Position numbers and translations under genes: made by a program. Below the pieces are notes generated by a model. It was given only the letters and a program-made list of their open reading frames with translations. It was not told where the DNA came from and searched no databases. A stretch of 64,000 bases of DNA from a bacterium (lineage in GTDB: Bacteria > Calescibacteriota > Calescibacteriia > Calescibacteriales > Calescibacteriaceae), in contig JAUQOU010000002.1 in the NCBI GenBank assembly GCA_030550715.1, positions 23,785 to 87,784 on the forward strand, written 5' to 3'. Below are positions 37,080-47,968 of this stretch, piece after piece. The stretch's first letter is position 1. Each line of letters begins with the position of its first letter.

Positions 37080-38519
37080 ATGTCAAAGGGAGGACTTTTT
37101 TCTTTTCTGCTTCTATTCATTTTTTTATCATGCGCTAAGAAAGAGGAGAAGAACATAAAATCAGAAGGGGTTTTTCAGGATGGTGATAGGTTTGTTTTTA
37201 TGGCTTCATACGATGAATCTTTTGCTCCTGAAAAATCAATAAGAGTTTTTGCGGTCGGACACAAGTTTGATATAGAAGACCTCGAGAGTGAGGAAAAATT
37301 CCGGGCGTCATACGAGAAGTTCATGCAGTTTATAAAACCTTATTTTTCTAAAAAATACCAAAACGTTGTTGTTTTTGAAGAGCACGCAGGACTACCTTTG
37401 ATTTTCTTCGGAGAGAAAGGTAAGGAAGCGAGAAAACTTTCTACATTATTTGGAGCAGTACCTTTGGTATCTCAAAAATGGGCAAATGCGATAAGTTACT
37501 ACATCCAAACTTTTCCGGAAATCTCAACTATGCTTGGGAGACAGATATTTTTAGCTCTTACAGATACGATGTGGAGAATTTTTTTCAACACATTTTCATA
37601 TTTTGCGAAAAACTATGGGGTATGGGTGGTCTCATGTCAGGATTCACCATATCCTTATATTTCAAAGGAGAACGAAGGTAATATTTCTGACTTTGTAGAT
37701 GACCTTGTGCAGAGCGAATTTTTCTACAAAGCTACAACATCAGATGTATGGAATTCATGCTTTATTTTTTCGCCGGAGGGTGAAATAGTTCATCAGACAA
37801 AAAAGGTTAATCTTGTCCCCACCGAAGTTGAGCTTCTCAATCTCTCCTCTGGGAAATATGGAGAATTATCTGTTTTCAGAATTCTTGGGACTGAAATTGA
37901 TTTATGTATAGGAATAAGTTTAGACGCTTTTGTTCCTGAATATATTTACGAGCTTGATAAGAAAGGTTGTGATGTTTTTCTTCAACCTGATGCGAACTCT
38001 GGCGCTTGGGCTACTACTGGCGGGCTCGGATACTGGCAACCTCTTGAGTGGCTCGGCTCAACCATGGGTAGCATACAGCAGAACTACTACATCGGCTGCA
38101 CAAACCCTCATAAAGCGCTTTTTTTAACCGGAGAGAAAAAGTGTGAATTTCAGAAAATCCAGATAAAGCAAAAAAGCATAAAGTATAACGTAAATCCTAT
38201 GATGGTTGGAAATCTTTTTGATATATCTTTTGACGGGCAGACGGCGATAACAGGTAGAGATAAAAGAGCAAAAAGAGACATAAATTACGTCGGACTTTTA
38301 CCTCTTGATAAACTCACATACGGAGAAAAAGGAGAAATAATGTTTCCAGATGGTGGTTTTATTGTTCTTGGTCCGTGGACATTTGACCTATCAGGTTATA
38401 GCGTAGAGGAGCAGATAAAAAGAGCAGAAGAACTTCAAAAAACACTTCAAGCAGGAGGAGAAAACGAAGGGAAGTATATCTCATCAATAATATCAGCAGA
38501 TATAACTTTGGGTGATTGA
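37080..38519 (+). CDS. lipoprotein with carbon-nitrogen hydrolase (nitrilase superfamily)-like domain
   Basis: Lipobox FLSC. Candidate Glu-Lys-Cys triad contexts VVVFEEH, QTKKVNLV and DLCIGISLDAFVPE. Confidence 0.45.
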   Translation: MSKGGLFSFLLLFIFLSCAKKEEKNIKSEGVFQDGDRFVFMASYDESFAPEKSIRVFAVGHKFDIEDLESEEKFRASYEKFMQFIKPYFSKKYQNVVVFEEHAGLPLIFFGEKGKEARKLSTLFGAVPLVSQKWANAISYYIQTFPEISTMLGRQIFLALTDTMWRIFFNTFSYFAKNYGVWVVSCQDSPYPYISKENEGNISDFVDDLVQSEFFYKATTSDVWNSCFIFSPEGEIVHQTKKVNLVPTEVELLNLSSGKYGELSVFRILGTEIDLCIGISLDAFVPEYIYELDKKGCDVFLQPDANSGAWATTGGLGYWQPLEWLGSTMGSIQQNYYIGCTNPHKALFLTGEKKCEFQKIQIKQKSIKYNVNPMMVGNLFDISFDGQTAITGRDKRAKRDINYVGLLPLDKLTYGEKGEIMFPDGGFIVLGPWTFDLSGYSVEEQIKRAEELQKTLQAGGENEGKYISSIISADITLGD

Positions 38520-38523
38520 TTTT

Positions 38524-39612
38524 TCAAAGGTAATACATAAAAAGGTTGAAAAGTACTTTTGAGAATATCTTTACATCTTTTATTTTTATATGTTCTTTAT
38601 CTGTGTGAGATTGTTCAAGGTTTCCGGGACCGAACACAACACATGCGATATTTGCTTTGTGGAACTCCGATGCTTCTGTCCACGAAGGCATAACTCCTCT
38701 CAGAGGAGCTAATCCTTCTTTCAAAAATGCCTGTTCCAATCTTTTTACGAGTTTCCCCTTTTTGAAGATCAAGTATTCCTCAATGTCTATAATTTTGAAG
38801 TTTATTCTGGTTTTTTCAAACATTTTTGATTCAGATTTTATTATCTCTTTTATCCTGCTTTCGAGCCATGATTTTTTTTCTCCTTTTTTCATTTTTATTT
38901 CAACGAGGGATTTTGCGTTTTTTGGAACTGCGTAGTATCTCCATCCCCCGCTTATTTCTAGCAGATTAGATTTTCTCTTCAAATCTTTTTCTATTTTTTC
39001 AATTATGCGAAAGAGTATTTTTATGGGATTTTGGTATTTTTCAAAAAATGAAGCGTGTGCTGAAAGATTTGTTTCAACCTCTAACTCAAACTCAAAAGAG
39101 CCCTCTTGTTCTGTACATATTTTAAGTTCTGTGGGTTCAAGAACTATCATCTCTTTCAATCTGCCAAGATGCTCTATCAGTTTTTTTACTCCGTATGCAG
39201 ACCATTCCTCTTCATCTACTGTAAACGCCAAAAAGACCTTGGGAAGATTTTTTGTGATCTTTTTGTAGTGATATAAAGATAAGATTAGTCCAGCTATTGA
39301 GCCCTTGTTATCTGAGCTTCCTCGTCCATATATTATACCATTTTTTTCATATGGCAAGAAAGCATTCCCCATTCCAAGAGCAGGAACAGTGTCAACATGT
39401 GCACATATTCCCACCTCTCCTTCTCCGCATACGAGATTATATCGTTCTTTTTTTCTTCTATCAATAAAGATTTTTTTTGTTTTATAACCGATGTCAGAGA
39501 GAACAGAGTTGAGAAATTCTAAAATTTCTCCTTCATGACCTGATACGCTCCTTATTCTTATAAGCTTTTTGAGAAGGGATTTTATTTCCAGCTCATCTAT
39601 CATTTTACTCAA
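38524..39612 (-). CDS. M20-family metallopeptidase (ArgE/DapE-like)
   Basis: AHVDTVP, GRGSSDNKGS and EE motifs. The start overlaps the upstream HMG-CoA lyase stop by 8 nt. Confidence 0.8.
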   Translation of the reverse strand: MSKMIDELEIKSLLKKLIRIRSVSGHEGEILEFLNSVLSDIGYKTKKIFIDRRKKERYNLVCGEGEVGICAHVDTVPALGMGNAFLPYEKNGIIYGRGSSDNKGSIAGLILSLYHYKKITKNLPKVFLAFTVDEEEWSAYGVKKLIEHLGRLKEMIVLEPTELKICTEQEGSFEFELEVETNLSAHASFFEKYQNPIKILFRIIEKIEKDLKRKSNLLEISGGWRYYAVPKNAKSLVEIKMKKGEKKSWLESRIKEIIKSESKMFEKTRINFKIIDIEEYLIFKKGKLVKRLEQAFLKEGLAPLRGVMPSWTEASEFHKANIACVVFGPGNLEQSHTDKEHIKIKDVKIFSKVLFNLFMYYL

Positions 39613-40510
39613 TTATTTTTTGGATTTTTGAGAGTGAGGATCTCAGGGGAATTTCAAGCTTTAAAACCGCCGATATAACTTTTTTGAAATCAACACCTGT
39701 TTTTATTCCCGAGTTTTCAAACATAAAGATAAGATCTTCTGTTGCAACATTGCCAGAGGCACCGGGAGCGAATGGACACCCTCCAAGTCCACCCGCTGAA
39801 CTATCAAAAATTCTTATTCCGAAATCTCTGAAAGCTATAAAAGAGTTCAAGAGAGCCATTCCGTATGTGTTATGGAAGTGAAGGGCAATCTTATCTCGGC
39901 TGAACTTCTTCAAGAGCAAAGAAAGAAGTTCTGAAACATCTTTTGGAGAACCTCTGCCTATTGTATCGCCAATAGAAACCTCATCTACGCCAAGCTCAAA
40001 TAACCTTTCAGCTACATATATGACTTTCTCTGGTTTTATTTTTCCTTCAAAAGGACACCAGAATGCGGTTGAAATATAAGCTCTCACTTCAAATTTGCAT
40101 CTTTTTGCTTCTTCAATAACTGGCTTTATCATTTTGAAAGAATCTTCTACTGTTGTATTTATGTTTTTCAGGTTGAAAGTATCTGATGCTGCTGTGAACA
40201 CCGCTATTTTTTCTGGTCTTTTTGACTCTGGAAGATTCATCATCCTCTCAAACCCTTTCATATTCGGTATTAGGACAGAAAATTTCACATTGTTTTTTTT
40301 GTTAATCATAAGGAGCAGGTTATCTGTATCTTTCATCTGGGGGACTGCTTTTGGAGAGACAAAAGAGCCGACCTCTATTTCATCAACGCCGGTTTCACAG
40401 AGGGATTCTATAAGTTCTTTTTTCTTCTCTGTTGTGAGTATTTCTTTTTCGTTTTGAAGTCCATCTCTTGGCGATACTTCTACGATTTTGATTTGTTTTT
40501 CTTGTTTCAC
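39605..40510 (-). CDS. hydroxymethylglutaryl-CoA lyase
   Basis: IVEVSPRDGLQNE, HFHNTYG and GGLGGCPFAPGASGN. The track ORF's N-terminus is actually tRNA-Arg, so the start is trimmed to GTG 40510. Confidence 0.8.
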   Translation of the reverse strand: MKQEKQIKIVEVSPRDGLQNEKEILTTEKKKELIESLCETGVDEIEVGSFVSPKAVPQMKDTDNLLLMINKKNNVKFSVLIPNMKGFERMMNLPESKRPEKIAVFTAASDTFNLKNINTTVEDSFKMIKPVIEEAKRCKFEVRAYISTAFWCPFEGKIKPEKVIYVAERLFELGVDEVSIGDTIGRGSPKDVSELLSLLLKKFSRDKIALHFHNTYGMALLNSFIAFRDFGIRIFDSSAGGLGGCPFAPGASGNVATEDLIFMFENSGIKTGVDFKKVISAVLKLEIPLRSSLSKIQKIIE

Positions 40511-40525
40511 TGGCAGGTGTTTTTT

Positions 40526-40600
40526 TGGTGTGCCTGGCGGGACTTGAACCCGCGACCTCCGGATCCGGAGTCCGGCGTTCTTCCGCTGAACTACAGGCAC
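40526..40600 (-). tRNA. tRNA-Arg (anticodon CCG), CCA encoded
   Basis: Acceptor GTGCCTG/CAGGCAC, anticodon arm CCGGA-CTCCGGA-TCCGG, T-arm GCGGGTTCAAGTCCCGC. Confidence 0.9.
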
Positions 40601-40615
40601 ATAAATCTAAAAAAT

Positions 40616-41932
40616 TTATGGCTTCCCCATAGGGTAGTATAAAAATCCCATTTCTCTCACTTTTTTTGGGTCAAAAATATTTCTTCCATCAATTATTATG
40701 CGAGTCAGCATAAGTTCTTTTATTTTGTTGAGGTTTGCATTTTTGAATTCATCCCAATCTGTTATTATTGCAATTGCGTGAGCACCTATTACCGATTCCT
40801 CAAGAGAGTTAGCGTAATGAACTCTGTCTGATGGTGGAAATATTTTTTTTGTGTTCTCCATAGCTTTTGGGTCGTATAGAGAAAGGAATGCACCTTCGTT
40901 GAGAAGTATGGGAATTATTTTGAGTGCGGGAGATTCTCTTATATCGTCGGTGTTCGGCTTGAAGGAGAGCCCCCACACAGCGATCTTTTTTCCTTTTATG
41001 ACCCAGAGAGCGTCTTTTACTTTCTTGATGAAAACCTCTATTCTTCTTTCATTCACTCTGTATGCTTCTTTGAGTATTGAGAAATCAACTTGTAGGTCTT
41101 CTGCCATTTTTACGAATGCCTTGACATCTTTTGGGAAGCAGCTCCCTCCCCAGCCCAATCCCGCTTTCAGGAAACTTCTCCCTATTCTTTTATCAAATCC
41201 CATACCTTCTGCTACTAAATCTACATCTATTCCCACCTTCTCACAGAAATCTGCCACCATATTTATGAAGGATATTTTGAGAGCTAAAAAAGAGTTTGAA
41301 GCATGTTTTATTGCCTCTGCGGTCTTCACGTCTGTTATGATTTTCGGGCATTTAAAATCATCATCGTTGTATATCTGGAGCAATATTTCCTTTGCCTTTT
41401 CTGAATTTACCCCTATGACTATTCTATCTGGATTGAAAAAGTCGTGAATTCCAGAACCTTCACGTAAAAACTCTGGATTAGATGCAACATCAAAATTTGC
41501 TTTCGGATTGTAAAGTTTTATTGTTCTTTCTATCCATTCTGCTGTTCTTATCGGTACGGTGCTTTTTTCCACGATGAGTTTGTAATCGGTAATAAATCTT
41601 GCGAGTTCAATTGCGCATGTTTCAACATATGACATATCGGGCTTCCCATCTTGTGAAGAAGGAGTTCCAACGCATATGAAAACAACCTCACTTTCAGGAT
41701 ATATATCTTCTGCTCTATCTGTGAAATTAAGGTTTTTACCGAGGTTATTTTTTATGAGTTCTTCTAATCCGGGCTCGTAAATTGGACTTTTCCCTCTGTT
41801 GAGTTCTCTTATTTTTTCTTTATCTTTATCGTAGCATATCACAGTGTGTCCGAGTTCAGCAAGGGATGACGATGTGACGAGTCCCACATATCCAGCTCCA
41901 ACGACTCCAATCTTGAACTTTCTTTTCTCCAT
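40616..41932 (-). CDS. ugd: UDP-glucose 6-dehydrogenase
   Basis: KIGVVGAGYVGLV and the GLGWGGSCFPKD catalytic Cys motif. Length 438 aa. Confidence 0.9.
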   Translation of the reverse strand: MEKRKFKIGVVGAGYVGLVTSSSLAELGHTVICYDKDKEKIRELNRGKSPIYEPGLEELIKNNLGKNLNFTDRAEDIYPESEVVFICVGTPSSQDGKPDMSYVETCAIELARFITDYKLIVEKSTVPIRTAEWIERTIKLYNPKANFDVASNPEFLREGSGIHDFFNPDRIVIGVNSEKAKEILLQIYNDDDFKCPKIITDVKTAEAIKHASNSFLALKISFINMVADFCEKVGIDVDLVAEGMGFDKRIGRSFLKAGLGWGGSCFPKDVKAFVKMAEDLQVDFSILKEAYRVNERRIEVFIKKVKDALWVIKGKKIAVWGLSFKPNTDDIRESPALKIIPILLNEGAFLSLYDPKAMENTKKIFPPSDRVHYANSLEESVIGAHAIAIITDWDEFKNANLNKIKELMLTRIIIDGRNIFDPKKVREMGFLYYPMGKP

Positions 41933-42088
41933 ATTTTGAGATTTTAAATTTTAATGATTTTTGTTTTTATCTTTCAGATGGTTTTTTCATCAATCGTAAT
42001 TTTTTATGTTTTTGATTAAAAATATTTATTGTAGTTGTCTTTATTTTTTTTCTTCTTAAAATTTTTTTATTTCCGAAAAATAAAAACT

Positions 42089-42478
42089 ATGGAGGGGAAC
42101 AAAAAAATAGCACTCGTTGTAGATGATTCGGAGATAGTAAGGAAGATAATTTCAAATATGGTGAGAAAGCTTGGTTTTGAACCAGTAGAGGCGGTTGATG
42201 GAATAGACGCAATAGAAAAATCGCTCGAGCATGATGTAAAACTCTTTGTCGTTGATATAAACATGCCAGGGCTTGATGGCATTTCGTTTGTGAGAAGGTT
42301 GAGAAAGACCGCAAGATATAAAGATTCACCTGTTGTAATTGTTTCTACTGAGGCAGGAGAGAAAGATATGCAGATCGCCTTTGAAGCAGGAGCTGATCTA
42401 TATTTTACTAAACCCGTAAAAATAGACATGTTTTTATCAAAGGTAGGTAATCTCCTAAGGTTAAAAGGTATAGAATAG
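42089..42478 (+). CDS. single-domain CheY-like response regulator
   Basis: VVDDS, VVDINMPGLDG and TKP receiver motifs. The start is trimmed to ATG 42089. Confidence 0.85.
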   Translation: MEGNKKIALVVDDSEIVRKIISNMVRKLGFEPVEAVDGIDAIEKSLEHDVKLFVVDINMPGLDGISFVRRLRKTARYKDSPVVIVSTEAGEKDMQIAFEAGADLYFTKPVKIDMFLSKVGNLLRLKGIE

Positions 42479-42683
42479 ATTTCAGATTTTAAGCCAAGAA
42501 TTTTTTCACTTATTCTTTTAAATGAAATTTCCTGAATTTTAGATATGGTTTCAGGTTTTTATTATTATGTTGTTCTTATTTAGCAATTTATTTTCTATTT
42601 AGTGTGTATTTTTATTTTTTTGTATGAAAAGGTTTTAGAAATTAATTTTTTATCATAGCAAAACAAAAAGGAGGTAAAATATT

Positions 42684-43886
42684 ATGGCAAAACCTAAGTT
42701 TGAAAGGAAGAAACCTCACGTAAATATAGGGACAATAGGGCATGTAGACCACGGAAAAACCACTCTTTCTTCTGCCATAACAAAAGTTCTATCTCAGCAC
42801 GGTTTAGCTCAGTACTTGCCTTATGAAGCAATAGATAAAGCGCCCGAAGAAAAAGCAAGAGGGCTGACCATAAACATATCTCATATTGAATACGAGACAG
42901 AAAAGAGACATTATGCTCATATTGACTGCCCAGGACATGCCGACTATGTCAAAAACATGATAACAGGAGCAGCTCAGATGGATGGTGCAATACTGGTCGT
43001 TTCAGCCACAGATGGAGCGATGCCTCAAACAAGAGAACACATTCTCCTTTCAAGACAGGTTAATGTCAAAAAAATCGTTGTCTTCATAAACAAAATAGAT
43101 GATGTTGATGACCCCGAGATAGTGGACCTCGTTGAAGCTGAGGTCAGAGATTTGCTCTCAAAATACGGATACCCCGGAGATGAAATACCCGTTATCAGAG
43201 GAAGTGCTCTCAAAGCGGTTCAATGTGGATGTGGAAAAAGAGAATGCCAGTGGTGTGGAAAAATATGGGAACTTCTTGATGCTGTTGATTCGTATATAGA
43301 AGAACCCATAAGAGATGTAGATAAACCATTCCTTATGCCCATAGAAGATGTTTTCCTGATTCAGGGAAGAGGAACAGTTGTTACAGGAAGAGTTGAAAGA
43401 GGAGTTCTAAAACCGGGGGAAGAGGTGGAAATAGTAGGTGGTTCAGACAGACCTTTGAAGACAGTTGCCGTATCTATTGAAATGTTCAGGAAAATTCTTG
43501 ACGAGGCACTTCCAGGAGATAACGTAGGAATTCTTCTGAGGGGTGTATCAAAAGAAGAGGTCTGGAGGGGTCAGGTCGTTGCAAAACCCGGAACAATCAA
43601 ACCTCACAAAAAGTTCAAAGCAGAGGTTTATGTCCTCACAAAAGAAGAGGGAGGAAGACATACTCCGTTTTACTCTCACTACAAACCCCAATTTTATATA
43701 AGAACCGCTGATGTTACCGGAGAGATAATATTGCCAGAAGGAGTTGAAATGGTTATGCCAGGAGATAATGTTAACCTCACAGTTGAACTTATAGAATATG
43801 TGGCTATAGAAAAAGGAATGAGGTTCGCTATAAGAGAGGGAGGACGAACAGTAGGCGCTGGGGTTGTGACAGAAATCATTGAATAA
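42684..43886 (+). CDS. tuf: elongation factor Tu
   Basis: [17 protein letters not shown] and NKID motifs. Full-length EF-Tu with AAGGAGG RBS. Confidence 0.98.
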   Translation: MAKPKFERKKPHVNIGTIGHVDHGKTTLSSAITKVLSQHGLAQYLPYEAIDKAPEEKARGLTINISHIEYETEKRHYAHIDCPGHADYVKNMITGAAQMDGAILVVSATDGAMPQTREHILLSRQVNVKKIVVFINKIDDVDDPEIVDLVEAEVRDLLSKYGYPGDEIPVIRGSALKAVQCGCGKRECQWCGKIWELLDAVDSYIEEPIRDVDKPFLMPIEDVFLIQGRGTVVTGRVERGVLKPGEEVEIVGGSDRPLKTVAVSIEMFRKILDEALPGDNVGILLRGVSKEEVWRGQVVAKPGTIKPHKKFKAEVYVLTKEEGGRHTPFYSHYKPQFYIRTADVTGEIILPEGVEMVMPGDNVNLTVELIEYVAIEKGMRFAIREGGRTVGAGVVTEIIE

Positions 43887-43910
43887 ACCTAACGGTTTTG
43901 TGAATAAGCT

Positions 43911-44063
43911 ATGGAAAGGGAACCAATAGAACTTGAATGTTCAGAGTGTCAGAGGAGAAACTACTCAACGACAAAAAATACAAGAAAGAAAAAAGAGAAA
44001 TTACAGGTTAGAAAATATTGTAAGTGGTGCAGAAAACATACAATTCACAAGGAAGTTAAATAA
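43911..44063 (+). CDS. rpmG: 50S ribosomal protein L33 (zinc-ribbon C+ form, 50 aa)
   Basis: Hand translation: MEREPIELECSECQRRNYSTTKNTRKKKEKLQVRKYCKWCRKHTIHKEVK. It is below the ORF-track cutoff and sits in the conserved position after tuf. Confidence 0.9.
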   Translation: MEREPIELECSECQRRNYSTTKNTRKKKEKLQVRKYCKWCRKHTIHKEVK

Positions 44064-44117
44064 ATCAAAAAAATCAAAGAAAGATTGAAAAATTATTAAT
44101 ATCAAAATTAGTGAGGT

Positions 44118-44190
44118 AGGTCCGTAGCTCAACAGGTAGAGCATCGGATTCCAAATCCGAAGGTTGCAGGTTCGAGTCCTGCCGGACCTA
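44118..44190 (+). tRNA. tRNA-Trp (anticodon CCA)
   Basis: Acceptor AGGTCCG/CGGACCT, anticodon arm TCGGA-TTCCAAA-TCCGA, T-arm GCAGGTTCGAGTCCTGC. Confidence 0.9.
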
Positions 44191-44213
44191 CCCGCATAAA
44201 TTCAATCTAATTT

Positions 44214-44393
44214 ATGGAAAAAATAAACAAATTCGTGAGTGAATCAGTAAGTGAGCTGAAGAAAGTGGAATTCCCAAAAATTGATATAGTGAGAGCAACT
44301 ACCCTTTCGGTTATCGCTATGGTATTTATTGTATCCGGCATTATCGGAGTGATTGATTTTGTATTTTCAAGAATTTTCAAACTGATATTCTGA
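44214..44393 (+). CDS. secE: preprotein translocase subunit SecE (59 aa)
   Basis: Hand translation: MEKINKFVSESVSELKKVEFPK...one TM. It sits in the conserved position between tRNA-Trp and nusG. Confidence 0.8.
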   Translation: MEKINKFVSESVSELKKVEFPKIDIVRATTLSVIAMVFIVSGIIGVIDFVFSRIFKLIF

Positions 44394-44423
44394 ATTTAAA
44401 CCGCGGAAAGGAAGGAAAAAAGT

Positions 44424-45062
44424 ATGGTGATAGAAGTAGACGAATTCACAAACGGTAAAAACGAGGAGTTAGAGAGTGAAAAAACAAGTGATGAAAAGAG
44501 TGCGGAGTCAGCCCTTACATCACCAGAAGAAGAAAAAGCTAAGTGGTGGGTGATAAGAGTAAGAAGCGGGAAAGAGGACTTCGTCAAAACCGAAATTGAA
44601 AAACTCAAGAAAGAAGACCCAAGAATAAAAGAGGTGTTTGTACCAGAGGAAGATGTTAAAGTGAAGAAGAAAACAAAGGAAGGAGAAAAAGAAATCGTAA
44701 AAAAAAGAAAAGTTATTTCTGGTTATGTCTATGCAAAAATGGAACTTGACGAACTCCTTTGGGATAAGATAAAGAAGATTCCAAATGTTGTTGCTCTTAT
44801 AGGTGAAAGAGGAATTCCATCCCCGATAACTTATGAAAAAGTTGAGAGTTTGAAATCTAAATCAGTAGGTGGTGAGCTCGGGAAAATTTTCAGCATATCA
44901 ATAGGTGATAGAGTGAGAATAAAGTCAGGTCCTCTGAAGGGATTTGGTGGGATAGTTGAATGGGTGAATGAAGATAAAACGAAGGTCAGAATTCTCATAT
45001 CTATCTTCGGGCGACAAACCCCTGTTGAAACAGAAATAGAGCACCTAGAAAAAGAAACATAA
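44424..45062 (+). CDS. nusG: transcription termination/antitermination factor NusG with about 40-aa acidic N-terminal extension
   Basis: NGN start WWVIRVRSGKE. KOW motif GDRVRIKSGPLKGFGGIV. Confidence 0.9.
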   Translation: MVIEVDEFTNGKNEELESEKTSDEKSAESALTSPEEEKAKWWVIRVRSGKEDFVKTEIEKLKKEDPRIKEVFVPEEDVKVKKKTKEGEKEIVKKRKVISGYVYAKMELDELLWDKIKKIPNVVALIGERGIPSPITYEKVESLKSKSVGGELGKIFSISIGDRVRIKSGPLKGFGGIVEWVNEDKTKVRILISIFGRQTPVETEIEHLEKET

Positions 45063-45090
45063 AAATTTTTCTGGATTTTTCCAAATACTG

Positions 45091-46325
45091 ATGGATATTT
45101 TGCTCAAAGGTATAATTCATGATGCTATATTTGCACCTTCTGGACTTGTATATCTTCTTTATAGCTACCTCAATAAAAGTTCCAGACCAAGGATAAAAAG
45201 ATGGATTAAAACAAGGTCAAAATCTGTCTTAAAGATTGAAAAAGCAGATATAATAATTCACTCGTCTTCTCTGGGAGAGACAAAAAATTCTCTTATCTTC
45301 TCTGAACTGATAAGAGATAAGTTGCATAATGATGGTTTAAAACCTCATATAGCTCACACGGTATTTACTGAAACACCATTTGAAACTTTCAGGAATGTTT
45401 ATGTTATACCAATACCTCTTTTTTCGTTCCTTGTAAAGTTCATTCCGAGCTCTCTGAAACTTCTTATATTCTACGAGAAAGACATCTGGTCAGGATATAT
45501 AATTTCCGCAAAATATAAAGGAAGCAAAATCGGTATAGTAAGCGGGAAAATTTCCAAAAGGTCATCAGAACTATATAGAAAATTTCGGATGAGAGAAATT
45601 TTCTCTTATGTGGATTTTGTATTTTCTGCGGGAGATGAATTTACAGAAAGGTTCAAGTATGCTGGATTCAAGAATGTCCAATCATCTGTTGACCTCAAAA
45701 ATCTTATATTTATCAAAAACTACAATTTCACAAGTGATAGATATAAAAAGCACAAAGCAATAGTGGGAATATCACTGAGAGGGAATGAGGAGGTAGAATT
45801 TCTTCTGAAAACGAGAGAAATTCTGAAAGATTACGCTCTTTTTATAGCTCCACGACACGATTTCGAAGGAACAAAAAAGTTCTTGATGGGAAAAGGCATA
45901 GATTTTATAAGCTTGACTCATATTTCAGATTATACTTTGAGAAGTATTTTAAGCGAGAGGAAAACAAAAGTTTTTCTTATTGAAGGATACGGTATGATAG
46001 ATAAAGTGCTTCCTTATGTGAGCTTTGCTTTTGTAGGGGGAACAATACTTCCTTTTGGAGGACATAATGTTCTTGAACCGATATCTTTTGGTCTTCCCGT
46101 AGCAGTGGGAGAGAATCTGTGGAATATAAAAGATAAAGACGAGCTTACCCAAAGTGGTGTTATGTTTGTGGTGAAGTCGCCGGAGGAATTTGCAAGCATA
46201 ATAAAAAAGGGAGTTGATAGGCAGAAAATTTTAGGTTATGTGGAAAGAAAGAGGAGTAGAGCAGAGCAGGAGTTGGGAAAGATATATAGTAAGATAAAGG
46301 AGGTTTTAGGTGAGAAATTTGTTTG

Positions 46326-46326
<1 letters not shown>
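45091..46326 (+). CDS. waaA: 3-deoxy-D-manno-octulosonic acid (Kdo) transferase
   Basis: IIHSSSLGE and GGHNVLEP motifs in a GT30-like layout. Confidence 0.75.
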
Positions 46327-46398
<72 letters not shown>

Positions 46399-46446
46399 AA
46401 AAACACAAAAAATAAAAAATAAAACCTTCTTGACTGAAAAACATTT

Positions 46447-47853
46447 TTATAAGAACTCTCTCGGGTCAGCAATAAATCCGGCTATCGCAGACGCAGCAGC
46501 AACCAAAGGACTTGCAAGATGAGTCCTTCCCCCTCTGCCCTGTCTCCCCTCGTAATTCCTGTTTGATGTGCTAACGCACCTTTCGCCGGGAGATAGTATA
46601 TCAGCATTCATTCCAAGACACATTGAACAACCTGAATTTCTCCACTCAAACCCTGCTTCTTTGAATATTTTGTCAAGTCCCAATCTTTCTGCTTGATACT
46701 TTACCATTTGCGAACCGGGAACCACCATAGCTCTAACATGCGGAGCTACCTTCCTTCCTTTCACTATCTTTGAAGCTAAAATAAGGTCCTCAAGACGAGC
46801 ATTAGTGCACGAACCTATAAAGACCCTATCTATCTTTATGTCTTTTATTTTTGTTCCGGGTTTTAAACCCATGTACTCAAGAGCCCTTTTTGCATGTTCT
46901 CTTTCAACCTTATCTTCAAACTCTTCTGGGTCTGGCACCTTACCATCTATATCAACGACCTGCGATGGTTTTGTCCCCCATGTTATCTGAGGTTTCAATC
47001 CAGTTATATCAAATGTAAATTCTTTATCAAATTTAGCTCCTTCGTCTGTCTTCAGTGTTTTCCAGTATCTTACAGCTTCTTCAAAATTCTCGGGAGAATA
47101 AATTCTCCCTCTGAGGTATTCGAATGTTTTTTCATCGGGAGCGATTATTCCTGCTCTTGCTCCCCCCTCAATTGTCATATTGCAAAGCGTCATTCTCTCC
47201 TCAATGCTCATTTCACTTACAACATCTCCCTGATATTCTATAACATATCCTGTTCCCCCTGTCGTTCCGATTTTACCTATGATAAAAAGGATTATATCTT
47301 TTGATGTTATGAATTTTTCTCTTTTGCCTTTTATTTGTATTCTCATTGATTTTGGTTTTGCGAGCCAAAGACATTGCGTAGCAAGGACATGTTCAACTTC
47401 ACTCGTTCCTATACCAAATGCAAGAGCTCCAAAAGCCCCATGCGTTGAAGTATGGCTGTCTCCACATACTATCGTCATGCCCGGTTGGGTAAGCCCAAGC
47501 TGTGGACCTATAACATGAACTATTCCCTGAAAAGGACTGAAAATATCAAAGAACTTTATCCTGAAATCTCTTGTGTTTTTTCTAAGGGTTTCTATCTGCA
47601 TAGCTGATGTGGGATCGCTTATATTATCTCTTGGCTCATCTGTTGGCACATTGTGATCTACGACAGCAAAAGTGAGGTCTGGTCTTCTGACCTTTCTTTT
47701 TTTCAATCTCAATCCTTCAAAGGCCTGCGGACTTGTCACCTCATGAACGAGATGCAAATCAATATAAATAAGGTATGGATCCCCTTCTTTTTCAGGTGGT
47801 ATCACTACGTGTTCGTTCCATATTTTCTCAAAGAGAGTTTTGGCTCCCTTCAT
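46447..47853 (-). CDS. leuC: 3-isopropylmalate dehydratase large subunit (aconitase family)
   Basis: [13 protein letters not shown] start, GDSHT and the Fe-S Cys ligands ([15 protein letters not shown]). No leuD is adjacent. Confidence 0.9.
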   Translation of the reverse strand: MKGAKTLFEKIWNEHVVIPPEKEGDPYLIYIDLHLVHEVTSPQAFEGLRLKKRKVRRPDLTFAVVDHNVPTDEPRDNISDPTSAMQIETLRKNTRDFRIKFFDIFSPFQGIVHVIGPQLGLTQPGMTIVCGDSHTSTHGAFGALAFGIGTSEVEHVLATQCLWLAKPKSMRIQIKGKREKFITSKDIILFIIGKIGTTGGTGYVIEYQGDVVSEMSIEERMTLCNMTIEGGARAGIIAPDEKTFEYLRGRIYSPENFEEAVRYWKTLKTDEGAKFDKEFTFDITGLKPQITWGTKPSQVVDIDGKVPDPEEFEDKVEREHAKRALEYMGLKPGTKIKDIKIDRVFIGSCTNARLEDLILASKIVKGRKVAPHVRAMVVPGSQMVKYQAERLGLDKIFKEAGFEWRNSGCSMCLGMNADILSPGERCVSTSNRNYEGRQGRGGRTHLASPLVAAASAIAGFIADPREFL

Positions 47854-47968
47854 AGCTTTTTAATTTAGCTTTTTTGTTTTTGAGTTTTGAGAAAACCAAA
47901 AATATGCAACAGCTTTATGAAATTCGCAGGGAATTCTGAAAATAAAATCAAAGATTAAAATTATATTT

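Noticed and set aside
40511-40600. N-terminal 30 codons of the track ORF 39605..40600 (MPVVQRKNAGLRIRRSRVQVPPGTPKK...)
   Set aside because: This stretch is the reverse-strand reading of tRNA-Arg(CCG). The conserved HMG-CoA lyase sequence begins after the GTG at 40510.
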